Part shown: positions 41,385-51,182 of the stretch, piece after piece
Position numbering within the stretch: the first letter of the stretch is position 1
Layout of the letters: every line of letters starts with the position of its first letter
Source: an uncultured Alphaproteobacteria bacterium
GTDB lineage: Bacteria; Pseudomonadota; Alphaproteobacteria; VGEJ01
NCBI GenBank assembly: GCA_913041535.1
Contig: CAJWJK010000002.1
Coordinates: 138,793 to 202,792 of the forward strand
DNA length: 64,000 nt
Direction: 5' to 3'
Notes under the pieces: model-generated
Database searches by the model: none
The model's input: only the letters and a program-made list of their open reading frames with translations
What the model was told of the DNA's origin: nothing
Position numbers and translations under genes: made by a program

Positions 41385-42347
41385 ATGCAGCGCTCAAATC
41401 CCAACCTAGGAAGTCAGCCGGTTGAACAGGTCGTTCGTGCTGACGATGTAATAGACCTAAGGTACCTGTTCAGAAGCTGGTGGAGGGGAAGCTGGTTTAT
41501 TATTTTAGCTGCGTTGGCAGGCTTGGCGGTCGGTCTATGGGAGATGACGAAATTTCAACCTATGTATACTGCAGTTATGTTGGTATCTCCGGCTGGTGGA
41601 ACTGACGGAGGTGGTCCCGATTTAAGCGGATTAAAAAGTTTTGCGGCGGTTTTTGGAGTTGGCGGTAGCAGCGGGACCGAAGGTGGTACGGGTAGCTCGT
41701 TCGATCGTTTCGAAGTCCTTCTTGGATCTGTAATTTTGGCTGAACGGCTGCAAGAACGGTATGGTTTGCTCCAGACTGTGTACCGAGGTGCGTGGGATCC
41801 TGATGCACAGGACTGGATCCGGCCGTCGGGCACGCGGTTTGAGCGGAATGAGGCGTTGAGAGAATTCTTCAAGCTTCGAACGTGGAAGGCGCCCAGTATC
41901 TCGTCTCTTGCCCGGTTTATAGGATCAACTGTAAGAGTTGTCACACTTCAGGCAAATGGATTCCGTCAAGTCTCTGTTGTGCATGAGGATCCTCAGTTTG
42001 CAGAGTATTTATTGAGAACTGTCTATTATGAAGCAGATGAGCTTTTACGTGAGCTAGACCAAGAGAGTACGAGGACCCAGAAGCAATACCTTGAGAATAA
42101 AATAGCGACTAGCAAGATCGTTGAGATTCGTACCGGCCTAGTAGGCCTACTGATGCAACAAGAGAATAAGGCAATGCTTTTGCAAAGTGATGCGCCATAC
42201 GCCGCATACATCATTCAGCCGATTAGCGTAGGTAACAGGCCAACGGCGCCAAGCCCGCGGATGTATGCAGGAGCAGGTGTTGCGGTCGGGGCATTTATAG
42301 GACTTTTAGTTGTTTCATTCATATCGATGTTTCGTCGCGAGACTTAA
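41385..42347 (+). CDS. Wzz-like polysaccharide co-polymerase / chain-length determinant (PCP without a kinase domain)
   Basis: The N-terminus IDLRYLFRSWWRGSWFIILAALAGLAVGLW is the Wzz motif plus TM1. A coiled periplasmic region follows. The C-terminus is Pro-rich and carries TM2 (PISVGNRPTAPSP...GVAVGAFIGLLVVSFI). An alternative start is the TTG at 41298. Confidence 0.55.
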   Translation: MQRSNPNLGSQPVEQVVRADDVIDLRYLFRSWWRGSWFIILAALAGLAVGLWEMTKFQPMYTAVMLVSPAGGTDGGGPDLSGLKSFAAVFGVGGSSGTEGGTGSSFDRFEVLLGSVILAERLQERYGLLQTVYRGAWDPDAQDWIRPSGTRFERNEALREFFKLRTWKAPSISSLARFIGSTVRVVTLQANGFRQVSVVHEDPQFAEYLLRTVYYEADELLRELDQESTRTQKQYLENKIATSKIVEIRTGLVGLLMQQENKAMLLQSDAPYAAYIIQPISVGNRPTAPSPRMYAGAGVAVGAFIGLLVVSFISMFRRET

Positions 42348-42371
42348 GGTGACGGTCTACTGGTCCACCCC

Positions 42372-43484
42372 ATGACCTTTAGTTGGAGTATCTTCTTTGT
42401 TTTTCTTTTTCTGTATCGCTGCTTTGTATCCATCATTGCACAATCATCAGTGCAAGAGCTCGGTGATGCTAGTCTGTATCAGCGTGGCGGACGAACTGTG
42501 GGATCAGGGTTTTCGGCCTTGCTTTACGAGGGTCAATCCTTCAATGTGTCAGCCTTTCGGCACATAGGAACGCATGTTACTGAATCGATAGGTACTTTAT
42601 TAAGTATAGCCGGTGGTGGTAATGCGTACCTCACCAATTTGGGTTTTCAAACAATAGCGTTTGTGGGCTTGGTTAAACTGTTGATGTCAGTCGAGCCAAG
42701 CATTCGTCGTTGGTTAGCTCTCGTTTTGATTCTGCCGTCATTTAACTTCTGGACATCAATAGCTTCGAAAGAGGCATTGGTGACGCTCTGCATTTGCATG
42801 ATACTCGCGAACTATGTTCGTATGCAAAAACTTCAGAAGGTTAGAATTATTTCATTAGCAATATTCTCTATCCTTCTCGCTCTTTTGAAACCTCACTATT
42901 TTATTGCCGTAGCTTATCTTTTCGGCGCGACAGTCTTAGCACAAAGGTTTCGGCAGCGTGGAGTTGTGGCTTTATCTGCTGCAGTGATGTCTTTAGCCAT
43001 GTTATACCCAATTGCTACGTTTTTAGATAAGCAAGCTCGCGTAATTGCTACCCACTTCAGAGTTAGTGATAATACTCTTACTAGAGAAATCTATTTTGTA
43101 CATGAGCTGGATATCCTTTTTAAGGCGCCATACGGAATGTTTCAAAGTTTCTTTGGTCCAACAGTGTCCGAGGCTGTTTCAGGTACTCTCGCGATGATGT
43201 CTTTCATCGAAAGCTTATTTCTTGTGGGACTTCTGTTGATGATGATATTGCATCGATTTTGGGATATTCGAGCATTTGAAGCAATTATTGGCTCCGTTAC
43301 GTTGTTTTGGATTTTATTTGTCACTTATCCATTTGGGATTATGAATCCTGGTTCAGCGGTGAGGTACCGGTCGGGGTATCTAGTGCTAGTAGTGTTTGTG
43401 GTTATTTTTGTCTTTGTCCGAGGATTCAATGAGCGTGAAAAGACCACGAGGAGTAGCATGAAAACACCTGCTCTTGCTGAGTGA
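42372..43484 (+). CDS. Polytopic membrane protein, candidate polysaccharide polymerase (Wzy/EpsG-like)
   Basis: 370 aa with about 9 or 10 predicted transmembrane segments. It has no nucleotide-binding motif. It lies between the Wzz-like gene and the glycosyltransferases. The assignment is by context only. Confidence 0.35.
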   Translation: MTFSWSIFFVFLFLYRCFVSIIAQSSVQELGDASLYQRGGRTVGSGFSALLYEGQSFNVSAFRHIGTHVTESIGTLLSIAGGGNAYLTNLGFQTIAFVGLVKLLMSVEPSIRRWLALVLILPSFNFWTSIASKEALVTLCICMILANYVRMQKLQKVRIISLAIFSILLALLKPHYFIAVAYLFGATVLAQRFRQRGVVALSAAVMSLAMLYPIATFLDKQARVIATHFRVSDNTLTREIYFVHELDILFKAPYGMFQSFFGPTVSEAVSGTLAMMSFIESLFLVGLLLMMILHRFWDIRAFEAIIGSVTLFWILFVTYPFGIMNPGSAVRYRSGYLVLVVFVVIFVFVRGFNEREKTTRSSMKTPALAE

Positions 43485-43525
43485 TAGATGACGTGTAACT
43501 CCTAGTCTGTGGGCATTGGTGCATT

Positions 43526-44284
43526 GTGTCAGTAGAAAGTATTTTAAAAAACGCTTTTCGTCCTGGTTATTTTCCAGTGTTAACGACGAAGATATGGACG
43601 CGGATTGTAGAGGTTCGTCTGCATCATGACAGAGTTAGGGCGAAGACGTGGTGCCATGAAAATGCAGTGGACGTTACAACATTTACAACCATAAAGGATC
43701 CTAATCTTTGGAAGGAGAGTCTTGAGTATGCATCTGTCCTAGGCAGTGAAGCGGAAATAAAGCTGCGACACCTTGATGTTGAACTTGGCGGTGGGGGGTT
43801 TGTAGAACTTGTATACTTTCTTACGCGTCTTTTGCGTCCAACAATCATAGTTGAGACGGGAGTCGCAGCCGGATTCACTACCCAAGTGATACTCGAGGCT
43901 CTATCCCGTAACGGTAGTGGCTATCTATATAGTAGCGATTTTCCTTATTTTCGACTAAGAGATCCAGAAAAGTATATTGGGGTATTAGTGGATGACTCAT
44001 TAAAGAGTCGATGGGAATTGCTTACAAGGGGAGATAGGGAGAATTTGAAAAATATCACTGAACATATCGATCATATTGATATATTTCACTATGATTCCGA
44101 TAAGTCTTATCGCGGTAGAGCTATTGCCCTTGACATAGTCAAAAACTATCTGAAACCAGGAAGTGTACTAATCATGGATGATATTGATGACAATCTCTAT
44201 TTTCGTGATTTCGTTTACCATCTAAAGTGTAAGTACTACGTTTTTCCATGCAAACAGAAGTACGTAGGACTGGCGTTTATCTAG
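43526..44284 (+). CDS. Class I SAM-dependent O-methyltransferase (TylF/Methyltransf_24-like)
   Basis: IVETGVAAGFTT is motif I. FHYDSDKSYRG...GSVLIMDDI resembles the FIDADHSY...DD pattern of sugar O-methyltransferases. Confidence 0.5.
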   Translation: MSVESILKNAFRPGYFPVLTTKIWTRIVEVRLHHDRVRAKTWCHENAVDVTTFTTIKDPNLWKESLEYASVLGSEAEIKLRHLDVELGGGGFVELVYFLTRLLRPTIIVETGVAAGFTTQVILEALSRNGSGYLYSSDFPYFRLRDPEKYIGVLVDDSLKSRWELLTRGDRENLKNITEHIDHIDIFHYDSDKSYRGRAIALDIVKNYLKPGSVLIMDDIDDNLYFRDFVYHLKCKYYVFPCKQKYVGLAFI

Positions 44285-44317
44285 AATGCGGTGTGAACAT
44301 CCTGCCGTGCATATTAG

Positions 44318-45397
44318 ATGAGGATTCGGGTGGTTTTCATACTTCCGTCGTATGCAGGAGGCGGAGCACAAAGGGTGTTGCTAACGCTTCTATCTGGTCT
44401 AGATAGAGACATATTTGAGCCTGTTCTGATAGTATTAAAAGACGAAGGTCCCTTGGTCGACCTGTGTCCTGCTGAGGTGACTACTGTGGTGATTGGTCGT
44501 CATCGTGCGCGTACGGCCGCGGTTGCACTTCTTGGAGTGCTAAGGCGTTTAAAACCAGCAGTCGTATTTTCAACCTTTAGTCATATAAATGTATTGATTC
44601 TCCTGATGCGACCAGCATTATTTGGATGCCCACGAATTGTTGTTCGAGAGCCTAACACTCCGTCGGAGAGTCTGCCACGTCAGGCTTACGGCAGACTTCT
44701 GAGTCTAGGGTACAGAGTACTCTATCGTCATGCAGATCGCGTAATTTGTCCTTCAGACCGTATCGCTAAAGAGATAGAGGAGGTGTTTAGTGTGCCTAGC
44801 AGGCGGGTTGTTCGACTATGCAATCCTGTCGATATTATTACGGTTCGTAGCCGAATCGCTGGGCCCATCGAAACATCTAATAACGGTTACACCTTTGTTG
44901 GGGCTGGCCAATTAATTCCGCAGAAGGGCTTTGAACGTTTGATATCTCTATTTGCTCAAATGCCGGAGAATACTACGTTGATAATATTGGGTGAGGGGCC
45001 CATGGATAGAGAGTTAAAACGGTTAATTGAAGGTTTACGGTTAAATAGCCGTGTGCAACTACTCGGTTTTCAATCGTGTCCCTGGCCTTTTTATGCCAGA
45101 GCAGACGCATTTCTTTTGCCTTCTCGTTGGGAAGGAATGCCAAATGTGGCATTGGAGGCTCTAGCATGTGGAACACCGGTTATTGCAACCCCCGAATCGG
45201 GCGGAATAGAGGAATTGAAAGATAAAGCTGTTAAAGGTGCAGTCAGTATCGCAAGTTTTGAACAGGATTTTCTTCATGCTATGATTGAATGTACGGCGAG
45301 GCCGCGTATGGCACTTCCACGCCCATCCTTGTTGCCAAATGAATATTGCATGTCACACGTTTTGAATAGGTTTTCCGATATCCTTACGATACCGTAA
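44318..45397 (+). CDS. Glycosyltransferase family 4
   Basis: PSRWEGMPNVALEALACGTPVIAT is the GT4 E-x7-E region. The N-terminus is Gly-rich (GGGAQRV). Confidence 0.8.
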   Translation: MRIRVVFILPSYAGGGAQRVLLTLLSGLDRDIFEPVLIVLKDEGPLVDLCPAEVTTVVIGRHRARTAAVALLGVLRRLKPAVVFSTFSHINVLILLMRPALFGCPRIVVREPNTPSESLPRQAYGRLLSLGYRVLYRHADRVICPSDRIAKEIEEVFSVPSRRVVRLCNPVDIITVRSRIAGPIETSNNGYTFVGAGQLIPQKGFERLISLFAQMPENTTLIILGEGPMDRELKRLIEGLRLNSRVQLLGFQSCPWPFYARADAFLLPSRWEGMPNVALEALACGTPVIATPESGGIEELKDKAVKGAVSIASFEQDFLHAMIECTARPRMALPRPSLLPNEYCMSHVLNRFSDILTIP

Positions 45398-45422
45398 GCG
45401 TGACAGCGAGTTTGGATTCTTT

Positions 45423-46169
45423 ATGATAATTTCTCATAAACATAAGTTCATTTTCATTAAAACCCGAAAGACTGCGGGGACCTCTCTGGAGGTAGCGTTA
45501 TGCAAATATCTTGGTAAGAGTGATATTATTACGCCAATCAGTCCAGAAGATGAAAATACACGTCGTGCCATGGGCTTTATAGCAAGGCAAAACTACAAGA
45601 AATCAATATCAGAGTTCAGAGTAAATGATTTAGTTTATGTGGCGCGTCGTATGCGCAATAGGATGATAGGAAAGCATGGGACATCTTCTGGTGTATGGCC
45701 TTCGCAGTTTTACAATCATATGCCATCGCATCTTGTCCGCGACCAAATAGGCATAGCCATATGGAATCGCTATTACAAATTCTCTATAGAGAGAAACCCT
45801 TGGGATGCAGCAGTATCCCGATACTTTTGGCACTACGGCAATAAGAAGATTTCGCACACAAAGGATAGATTCCGGAATTTCATCCAGAGCGAAATTGGTA
45901 GTCATGTACCAAACTACGATCTTTATAGCATTAATGGAGTGCCAGCGATGGACCTAGTCGTACGGTATGAGGCCCTCTTTTCTGGATTGGAGAAAGTATC
46001 TAGGGTTATTGGATTGTCCGAAAATATTCACGAAGTGATGAAGGAAATAAGGGCAAAAGCACAATTTCGTAGAAACGTTGATTATCGGGAAATGTATGAT
46101 GAGGATAGCAGAATGTTGATTGCCAAACACTTTGCCCGAGAAATATCGTTATTTGGTTATGTATTTTAA
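45423..46169 (+). CDS. Sulfotransferase-family protein (PAPS-dependent, carbohydrate sulfotransferase-like)
   Basis: KFIFIKTRKTAGTSLE is a 5'-PSB-like P-loop. ERNPWDAAVSRYF is a 3'-PB-like R-x-P...S motif. Confidence 0.55.
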   Translation: MIISHKHKFIFIKTRKTAGTSLEVALCKYLGKSDIITPISPEDENTRRAMGFIARQNYKKSISEFRVNDLVYVARRMRNRMIGKHGTSSGVWPSQFYNHMPSHLVRDQIGIAIWNRYYKFSIERNPWDAAVSRYFWHYGNKKISHTKDRFRNFIQSEIGSHVPNYDLYSINGVPAMDLVVRYEALFSGLEKVSRVIGLSENIHEVMKEIRAKAQFRRNVDYREMYDEDSRMLIAKHFAREISLFGYVF

Positions 46170-46174
46170 CGGCC

Positions 46175-47311
46175 TTAACGTTGGATCAGTGTGTCATAGA
46201 TCGCCTCAATACATTTAACGTGATTTTCTGATGAGTGTTGCTGCTCTAGTAGAGCTCGTTCTTCCTCTGGTACACGAGATTCGCGATTAAGAAGAACCTG
46301 AGTTGCGGTAGCAAATGCGTCAGCATCATCGGGGGCGGCAAGATATCCACGATCATTATTAGTGACGATCTCTTGGTGACCACCAGAGTTCGAGGCGACT
46401 ACAGGTGTTCCACATAACAATGCTTCAATTACGGCGCGCCCATAACCCTCCAACACTGCTGGAGCGAGCAAAACATCAAAGGCTGATAGCCAAGGCTCGA
46501 TAGGATATTTATGGCCAATACAAAATACATTTCTTTCGATACGGAGGCGTTTGGCAAGTAATTGAGCATCAGATAGCTTGCCCCCACGATCATCACCGAC
46601 CATAACGAAAATTATCTTGCTTTGATTCTGTGCTAAAAGGTGTGCCGCCTTGACAAACATCAATGGGCGTTTCTGGTGTGTCATGTTGCCTACGAAACCA
46701 ATTACGGATGCAGGGGGGGCAATGCCAAGGTTATGCAGTAGCTGTGCTTTAGCTTCCTCATGGGGTAGGGATTGATACTTTGCAAAAGGATCAGGCACTA
46801 TAGTTGCACGTCCGTGTCCAGAAGCTGGCAGCGTCTCTCTAACTGTATGAGAGATTGACACAATATGGTTGCTCGCAGAACAAAGGATTTTCCATAAAGG
46901 AGAACCAGATACTACAAGGCGTTGGTGCCAGACAAAACGAGCCGTTGCCAAACGCGTCGGGAACGGCCACGTTAAGTTCATCCTAAGGTCGTTGCTGTGG
47001 ACAATATCAATTTTATTGTCCCGCAAAAACCCGTACAAGGTCGGGGTGGTCCGTGCAATTGATGCAGCAATGTCGACTATTTTGGGTGTTGTTCCTGCAA
47101 AGCACGGAATATTCAGAAATCTATGATTTATGGATTCCTTTGTCAAAAAGTGTCGGAGAGGTCCATCTTTGTGAAGGATAACTATCGGTTCAAATCGTTG
47201 GCGGTCAATATTTTGGATGAGTAGAGCAGCGGAGATATGGCTGCCACCCACTGAATCTCCAACAAAGGGAAAACATATTCTGGTTTTAGGTGGATGACGA
47301 TACTGAGTCAC
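46175..47311 (-). CDS. Glycosyltransferase family 4
   Basis: APAVLEGYGRAVIEALLCGTPVVASNSGG is the GT4 motif. Confidence 0.8.
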   Translation of the reverse strand: MTQYRHPPKTRICFPFVGDSVGGSHISAALLIQNIDRQRFEPIVILHKDGPLRHFLTKESINHRFLNIPCFAGTTPKIVDIAASIARTTPTLYGFLRDNKIDIVHSNDLRMNLTWPFPTRLATARFVWHQRLVVSGSPLWKILCSASNHIVSISHTVRETLPASGHGRATIVPDPFAKYQSLPHEEAKAQLLHNLGIAPPASVIGFVGNMTHQKRPLMFVKAAHLLAQNQSKIIFVMVGDDRGGKLSDAQLLAKRLRIERNVFCIGHKYPIEPWLSAFDVLLAPAVLEGYGRAVIEALLCGTPVVASNSGGHQEIVTNNDRGYLAAPDDADAFATATQVLLNRESRVPEEERALLEQQHSSENHVKCIEAIYDTLIQR

Positions 47312-47364
47312 GGTCTTCTAGCTCAAATGTTATTGGCTGTTCGGTTGCTATACGGAACTAGTGC

Positions 47365-48054
47365 TTAGGGATGCCGCCGCCAAGCGGAAACTAGGAAGAG
47401 AGGCAAGCGCCACGGTCCTTGTGTAGCATAAACACAGGCCAAGTGTTTATGTGCCAAGGTGCTGATTCTGTAAATATCCGTCGTATGATAGTCACCATGA
47501 AAGCCCGAAACATAGCGACCAAGCTTATAAAGATGATTTTCGGTGGGACCAGATAAAATAAGTATCCCCCCAGGTTTTAGTGATTGGCATAAGCATTCAA
47601 TAATAGTCTCTGGGTCCTCGTTGTGTTCTAAGCAGTCGAGAGCGAATACGATATCATAGCAGTCCTTTTTGGCACCAATATTCTTGACTAAATTGGCGTC
47701 AGGCACTAACTCGCAAAGAGCTTTTGCTATTTCGTTATCTTCTTCTGCAGCATGGTAATACGAGTTTTCCGGCAACAAATGGCGCAGTTCACCGCAACCA
47801 GCGCCAAAATCAAGTATCTTTACCGGATTACCAAAACGGGTGGCTAGTCTAACTGCTGCAAACAAACGCCACCAAGCAGCATATGCGGCAAGCCAGTTAC
47901 CATGACAGTATGATGGAACGCAAGTTTCTTCGAGAGCAGAAAATTGTACTTTTAGATTGAAGTGACTCTTTAACAGCTTTCGCCTTTGCAGAATGTGATG
48001 AATCTGAGTTGGGGTACTAAACAACTGGTTGTGGGTAGTGTGAGCCTGAGACAT
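47365..48054 (-). CDS. Class I SAM-dependent methyltransferase
   Basis: ILDFGAGCGEL is motif I. A downstream acidic motif II is present (VFALDCLEH). Confidence 0.65.
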   Translation of the reverse strand: MSQAHTTHNQLFSTPTQIHHILQRRKLLKSHFNLKVQFSALEETCVPSYCHGNWLAAYAAWWRLFAAVRLATRFGNPVKILDFGAGCGELRHLLPENSYYHAAEEDNEIAKALCELVPDANLVKNIGAKKDCYDIVFALDCLEHNEDPETIIECLCQSLKPGGILILSGPTENHLYKLGRYVSGFHGDYHTTDIYRISTLAHKHLACVYATQGPWRLPLFLVSAWRRHP

Positions 48055-48096
48055 TATCGTGGAAGGAATATCTGTTTTGGAACGGTTGATTGTGTA

Positions 48097-50013
48097 ATGC
48101 AGAAAATCTTTACGGCTGCAATGGGGCGAACCGGGACCAATAACTTGGCTGTATTATTTAACAAGTTCGGCCAGGGGTGCATAGCAGAACATGAGCCTCC
48201 GGCTCTACTACTCCAACAACTCCAGGAGCAACCGTTCTTTGATCGATATCCAAGTCTTCGTCCTAAGGAGAGATTGGCACAAGTGGGGCGAGATCTGCAA
48301 CGGCGTTACATTGTCACTGACGAGATGCTTGGGCGCGGGCGGGCACTAAACTGGTATGATTCTGGCGACACGGATAAACTGCTTAAATTGGTGAATTGGA
48401 GGCTTCGACGGATCGACCGCTTTTCAAAACGTGGTTACAAACACTACGTTGAGTCGAGTCAGTTCTTTTTGCGTACGTACTGTTATCAAGTGCACAATGT
48501 TATACCTCACGTCGGTGTAATTAAGTTAGTACGGGATCCGCTTGAAACGGCTCGAAGTTCAGCAAATCGTAAGAAAGCCTTGTTTCAGAATAACTTACCG
48601 CCGGATTGTAGAAGTAATCATTTTCGCATCAAAGAATGGCAGGATCTAACGCCATTTCAACATTATGTTCATACATGGATAGAGACTGAGGTACGGTGGG
48701 AGGAATTTGTTAAATCGACAGACCTTAAGAGATTTTTCGTCATTGAAACACGGGATCTTAGCAATAGTGAGCGGATAACCGAAATGTTCAAATTTTTTGG
48801 CATTGAACATAGGCCCGTTAAAGATCTCCGTCCGACTAACACAAATACTGAGATATCTCTTCCGGGCACACAGGTTTCTATACGTGACCATGAGGAATTT
48901 ATGAGAGTGGTGGATAAACTTCCTCAGACACTTCGGGACCGGATACCGCAACTGGAACGTTATGTTTCAGATCGAGACGAATCGGCCAGCAGTTTTTCCT
49001 TGCGTCTTGGAGAGGCCCGCAAGAGTCGGCCGGTAATGGGCTCTCCACAACTCGGGCGTCTTATTGCTGATTTTCCAATGACCGCGGTCGATATTGGAGC
49101 ACGTGGTGGCGTAATTCAGGACCTGCTGCCAATTGCTCAGGTGGTTGATGCAGTGGGGTTCGAGCCGGATGAAGAAGAATGTGTCCGTCTTAGCGCAGCG
49201 GCAGCCCTAAAAGAGGGGCCGTGGCGTAGTGAACAGTATCTTCCTGCGGCGCTTTCTGGCAACAGTGGGCCGCGAACACTGTATCTCACGCGTCATCGTG
49301 GGACATCTTCAATGATGAAGCCTATCCCGGGCTTTGGGGAAAGTTACTCTCGACCTGATTACTATTTTATCGAGGGGAAAGTTGAGGTTGATACAATTAC
49401 GCTTGATCAGGCTGTAATAGAACACGAACTAGGTAAACCGGTATATTTAAAACTCGATATTGAGGGGATGGAAAAAGAGGTTATTGAGGCTGCACCATTG
49501 ACCATGAATCATCTTCTTGCAGTCCGCACAGAGGCTGTATTTCTACAGCCAAGAAAAGGTCAGCCGTCGTTTCACGAACTCGATGGTTGTCTACGGAGCT
49601 TTGGTTTTATTCCGATGGGATTTGAGGAAATACACCATTGGCGGCGGTTAAGTCAGGTTAAACCGCCAGAGACTATTCCTGGTCCGGTACCCTACTCGCG
49701 AGGCCAACTTGCGCACTGCGATATGCTTTATCTTAAGGACTTTCAGTTGATGTCTGAAGAGACAGAGGTGGAAATCACGCGCTTAATTCAAATGGCGTTT
49801 ATTGCGCTTTGTTATGACTATGTGGATCACGCCCTAGCAATCTTCTCACTCCCCGCAGTCGAGTCGCTTTTAGTGGGGACTTATGGTATTGATATTAAAA
49901 GAGAAATTAGTATTGTGTCCCATGAGCTACTTGCACGTCACCGTCGGACAAGGAGGCGCAAGTCATGGCTTGGCTTCAGGGGGACAACATCTCGTAGGTT
50001 GCGTCCAACATAG
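48097..50013 (+). CDS. Bifunctional sulfotransferase-domain / FkbM-family methyltransferase fusion protein
   Basis: The N-terminal half has sulfotransferase motifs (MQKIFTAAMGRTGTNNL 5'-PSB, KLVRDPLETARS 3'-PB). The C-terminal half is an FkbM domain (MTAVDIGARGGV...LKLDIEGMEKEVIEAAP). The ATG at 48097 avoids the overlap with the upstream convergent gene that the ORF-track start (47986) creates. Confidence 0.6.
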   Translation: MQKIFTAAMGRTGTNNLAVLFNKFGQGCIAEHEPPALLLQQLQEQPFFDRYPSLRPKERLAQVGRDLQRRYIVTDEMLGRGRALNWYDSGDTDKLLKLVNWRLRRIDRFSKRGYKHYVESSQFFLRTYCYQVHNVIPHVGVIKLVRDPLETARSSANRKKALFQNNLPPDCRSNHFRIKEWQDLTPFQHYVHTWIETEVRWEEFVKSTDLKRFFVIETRDLSNSERITEMFKFFGIEHRPVKDLRPTNTNTEISLPGTQVSIRDHEEFMRVVDKLPQTLRDRIPQLERYVSDRDESASSFSLRLGEARKSRPVMGSPQLGRLIADFPMTAVDIGARGGVIQDLLPIAQVVDAVGFEPDEEECVRLSAAAALKEGPWRSEQYLPAALSGNSGPRTLYLTRHRGTSSMMKPIPGFGESYSRPDYYFIEGKVEVDTITLDQAVIEHELGKPVYLKLDIEGMEKEVIEAAPLTMNHLLAVRTEAVFLQPRKGQPSFHELDGCLRSFGFIPMGFEEIHHWRRLSQVKPPETIPGPVPYSRGQLAHCDMLYLKDFQLMSEETEVEITRLIQMAFIALCYDYVDHALAIFSLPAVESLLVGTYGIDIKREISIVSHELLARHRRTRRRKSWLGFRGTTSRRLRPT

Positions 50014-50122
50014 CTATAGTAATACCGCGCGTTTCTAATAGGTTGGGCATGGGTGGCGATCTGCACATAGCAATCTATGCTGCTGTTGAGGAAACAGTGA
50101 TTCACCCAAAACGCGTCTCTCT

Positions 50123-51022
50123 CTAAAGACAATACCCGTATTCTTTCAGTGGCAAGCCGGTTTTCTCCACTAGTGTGAGATTGCTTTGGCGGTATCGTTC
50201 GCGCAATAGTTTCTGCCATCGGTGGGGAATTTCCAAACGGTGTTTCTGGCCTCGCTTTAGGGAATCAAGAAAATACCTACGCAACAGATTGGGAACATAC
50301 TTTTTTAAGCTGAGGTTTGGGAGAATTACTCTCCGAAGGTGGTTATAGCGCACCTCGTTCAGTGTTCGAGCCACATTTTCACGATCATTACCAATTAATT
50401 GTATTCCTTCCTCAGGCGGTATGCCGAGAGTACAACAGAGTTTACCAATAAACGTCACCGGATCATCTCTGAGCTGTTCGTATAGAAACACGTGAACGCT
50501 ATCAGCTCCAAAAAGTTGTTGGTAACACGAGACTAACTTATCGTATTCCAGGTGGTGTAGCGTTCCATTAACACGATTGTTCCAAGATGCCTCTATCCAA
50601 TTATCAAATGAGGATGGGGTATAGTGTTTGCCTAGCTGCTGCCTATAAAAAGAAGGTAAATAGTCGAGCTGTTCTCGGATACAGACAATGATTGTTGCTT
50701 CTTTTGAGATTTCCTTAAGCCTATTTGCAATTAATCCACGGTCCGCATGTTGGGGGAGACAGAATAGTTCTACAGATACGACAACAATATCACTTTTATT
50801 GAGGTGCTGACCCACGTGTTCGTCATAACCACGTTGGGCTAGTTTGGAGTCGTATTCAAGGGAGTCGCATCCGTAAATTAGAGTTGCCCATTCCTCTACT
50901 TTTCGGGAGCTCCAGGGTTTTCCCACTAGCCTTATCTGGTGGTGACGCGCAAACAGCAGATTCTGTAACGTGGTGGTAGCAGTTTTTGGGTACCCAATAT
51001 GTAAGATCGGCGTTGATGTCAT
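50123..51022 (-). CDS. Sulfotransferase-family protein
   Basis: ILHIGYPKTATTTLQ (5'-PSB) and IREQLDYLPSFY (3'-PB-like). The start is taken at the internal Met (MTSTPIL) at 51022. The ORF-track start is 51061. Confidence 0.6.
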   Translation of the reverse strand: MTSTPILHIGYPKTATTTLQNLLFARHHQIRLVGKPWSSRKVEEWATLIYGCDSLEYDSKLAQRGYDEHVGQHLNKSDIVVVSVELFCLPQHADRGLIANRLKEISKEATIIVCIREQLDYLPSFYRQQLGKHYTPSSFDNWIEASWNNRVNGTLHHLEYDKLVSCYQQLFGADSVHVFLYEQLRDDPVTFIGKLCCTLGIPPEEGIQLIGNDRENVARTLNEVRYNHLRRVILPNLSLKKYVPNLLRRYFLDSLKRGQKHRLEIPHRWQKLLRERYRQSNLTLVEKTGLPLKEYGYCL

Positions 51023-51182
51023 GCGTCTAAAGAAAAGTTGTGAGTGAATCGTGGCAACCACATTCTGACTGACCAGATATTAAGGGACTAGCCAACGAAA
51101 ACCAATCAGTATGGAGATATTAACTGTGTCTACTATACTAAAACGAAAACTTGATGTGCTCACAAATCTGGATGATCGGTAG

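Noticed and set aside
47986-48096. ORF-track start of the sulfotransferase-FkbM protein, overlapping the convergent methyltransferase gene by about 70 nt
   Set aside because: The internal ATG at 48097 gives a typical sulfotransferase N-terminus (MQKIF..GRTGT) and removes the overlap.
50014-50122. Short palindrome CATAGcaatCTATG between convergent genes as a terminator
   Set aside because: It has only a 5-bp stem and no flanking T-tract, so the evidence is too weak to call a terminator.
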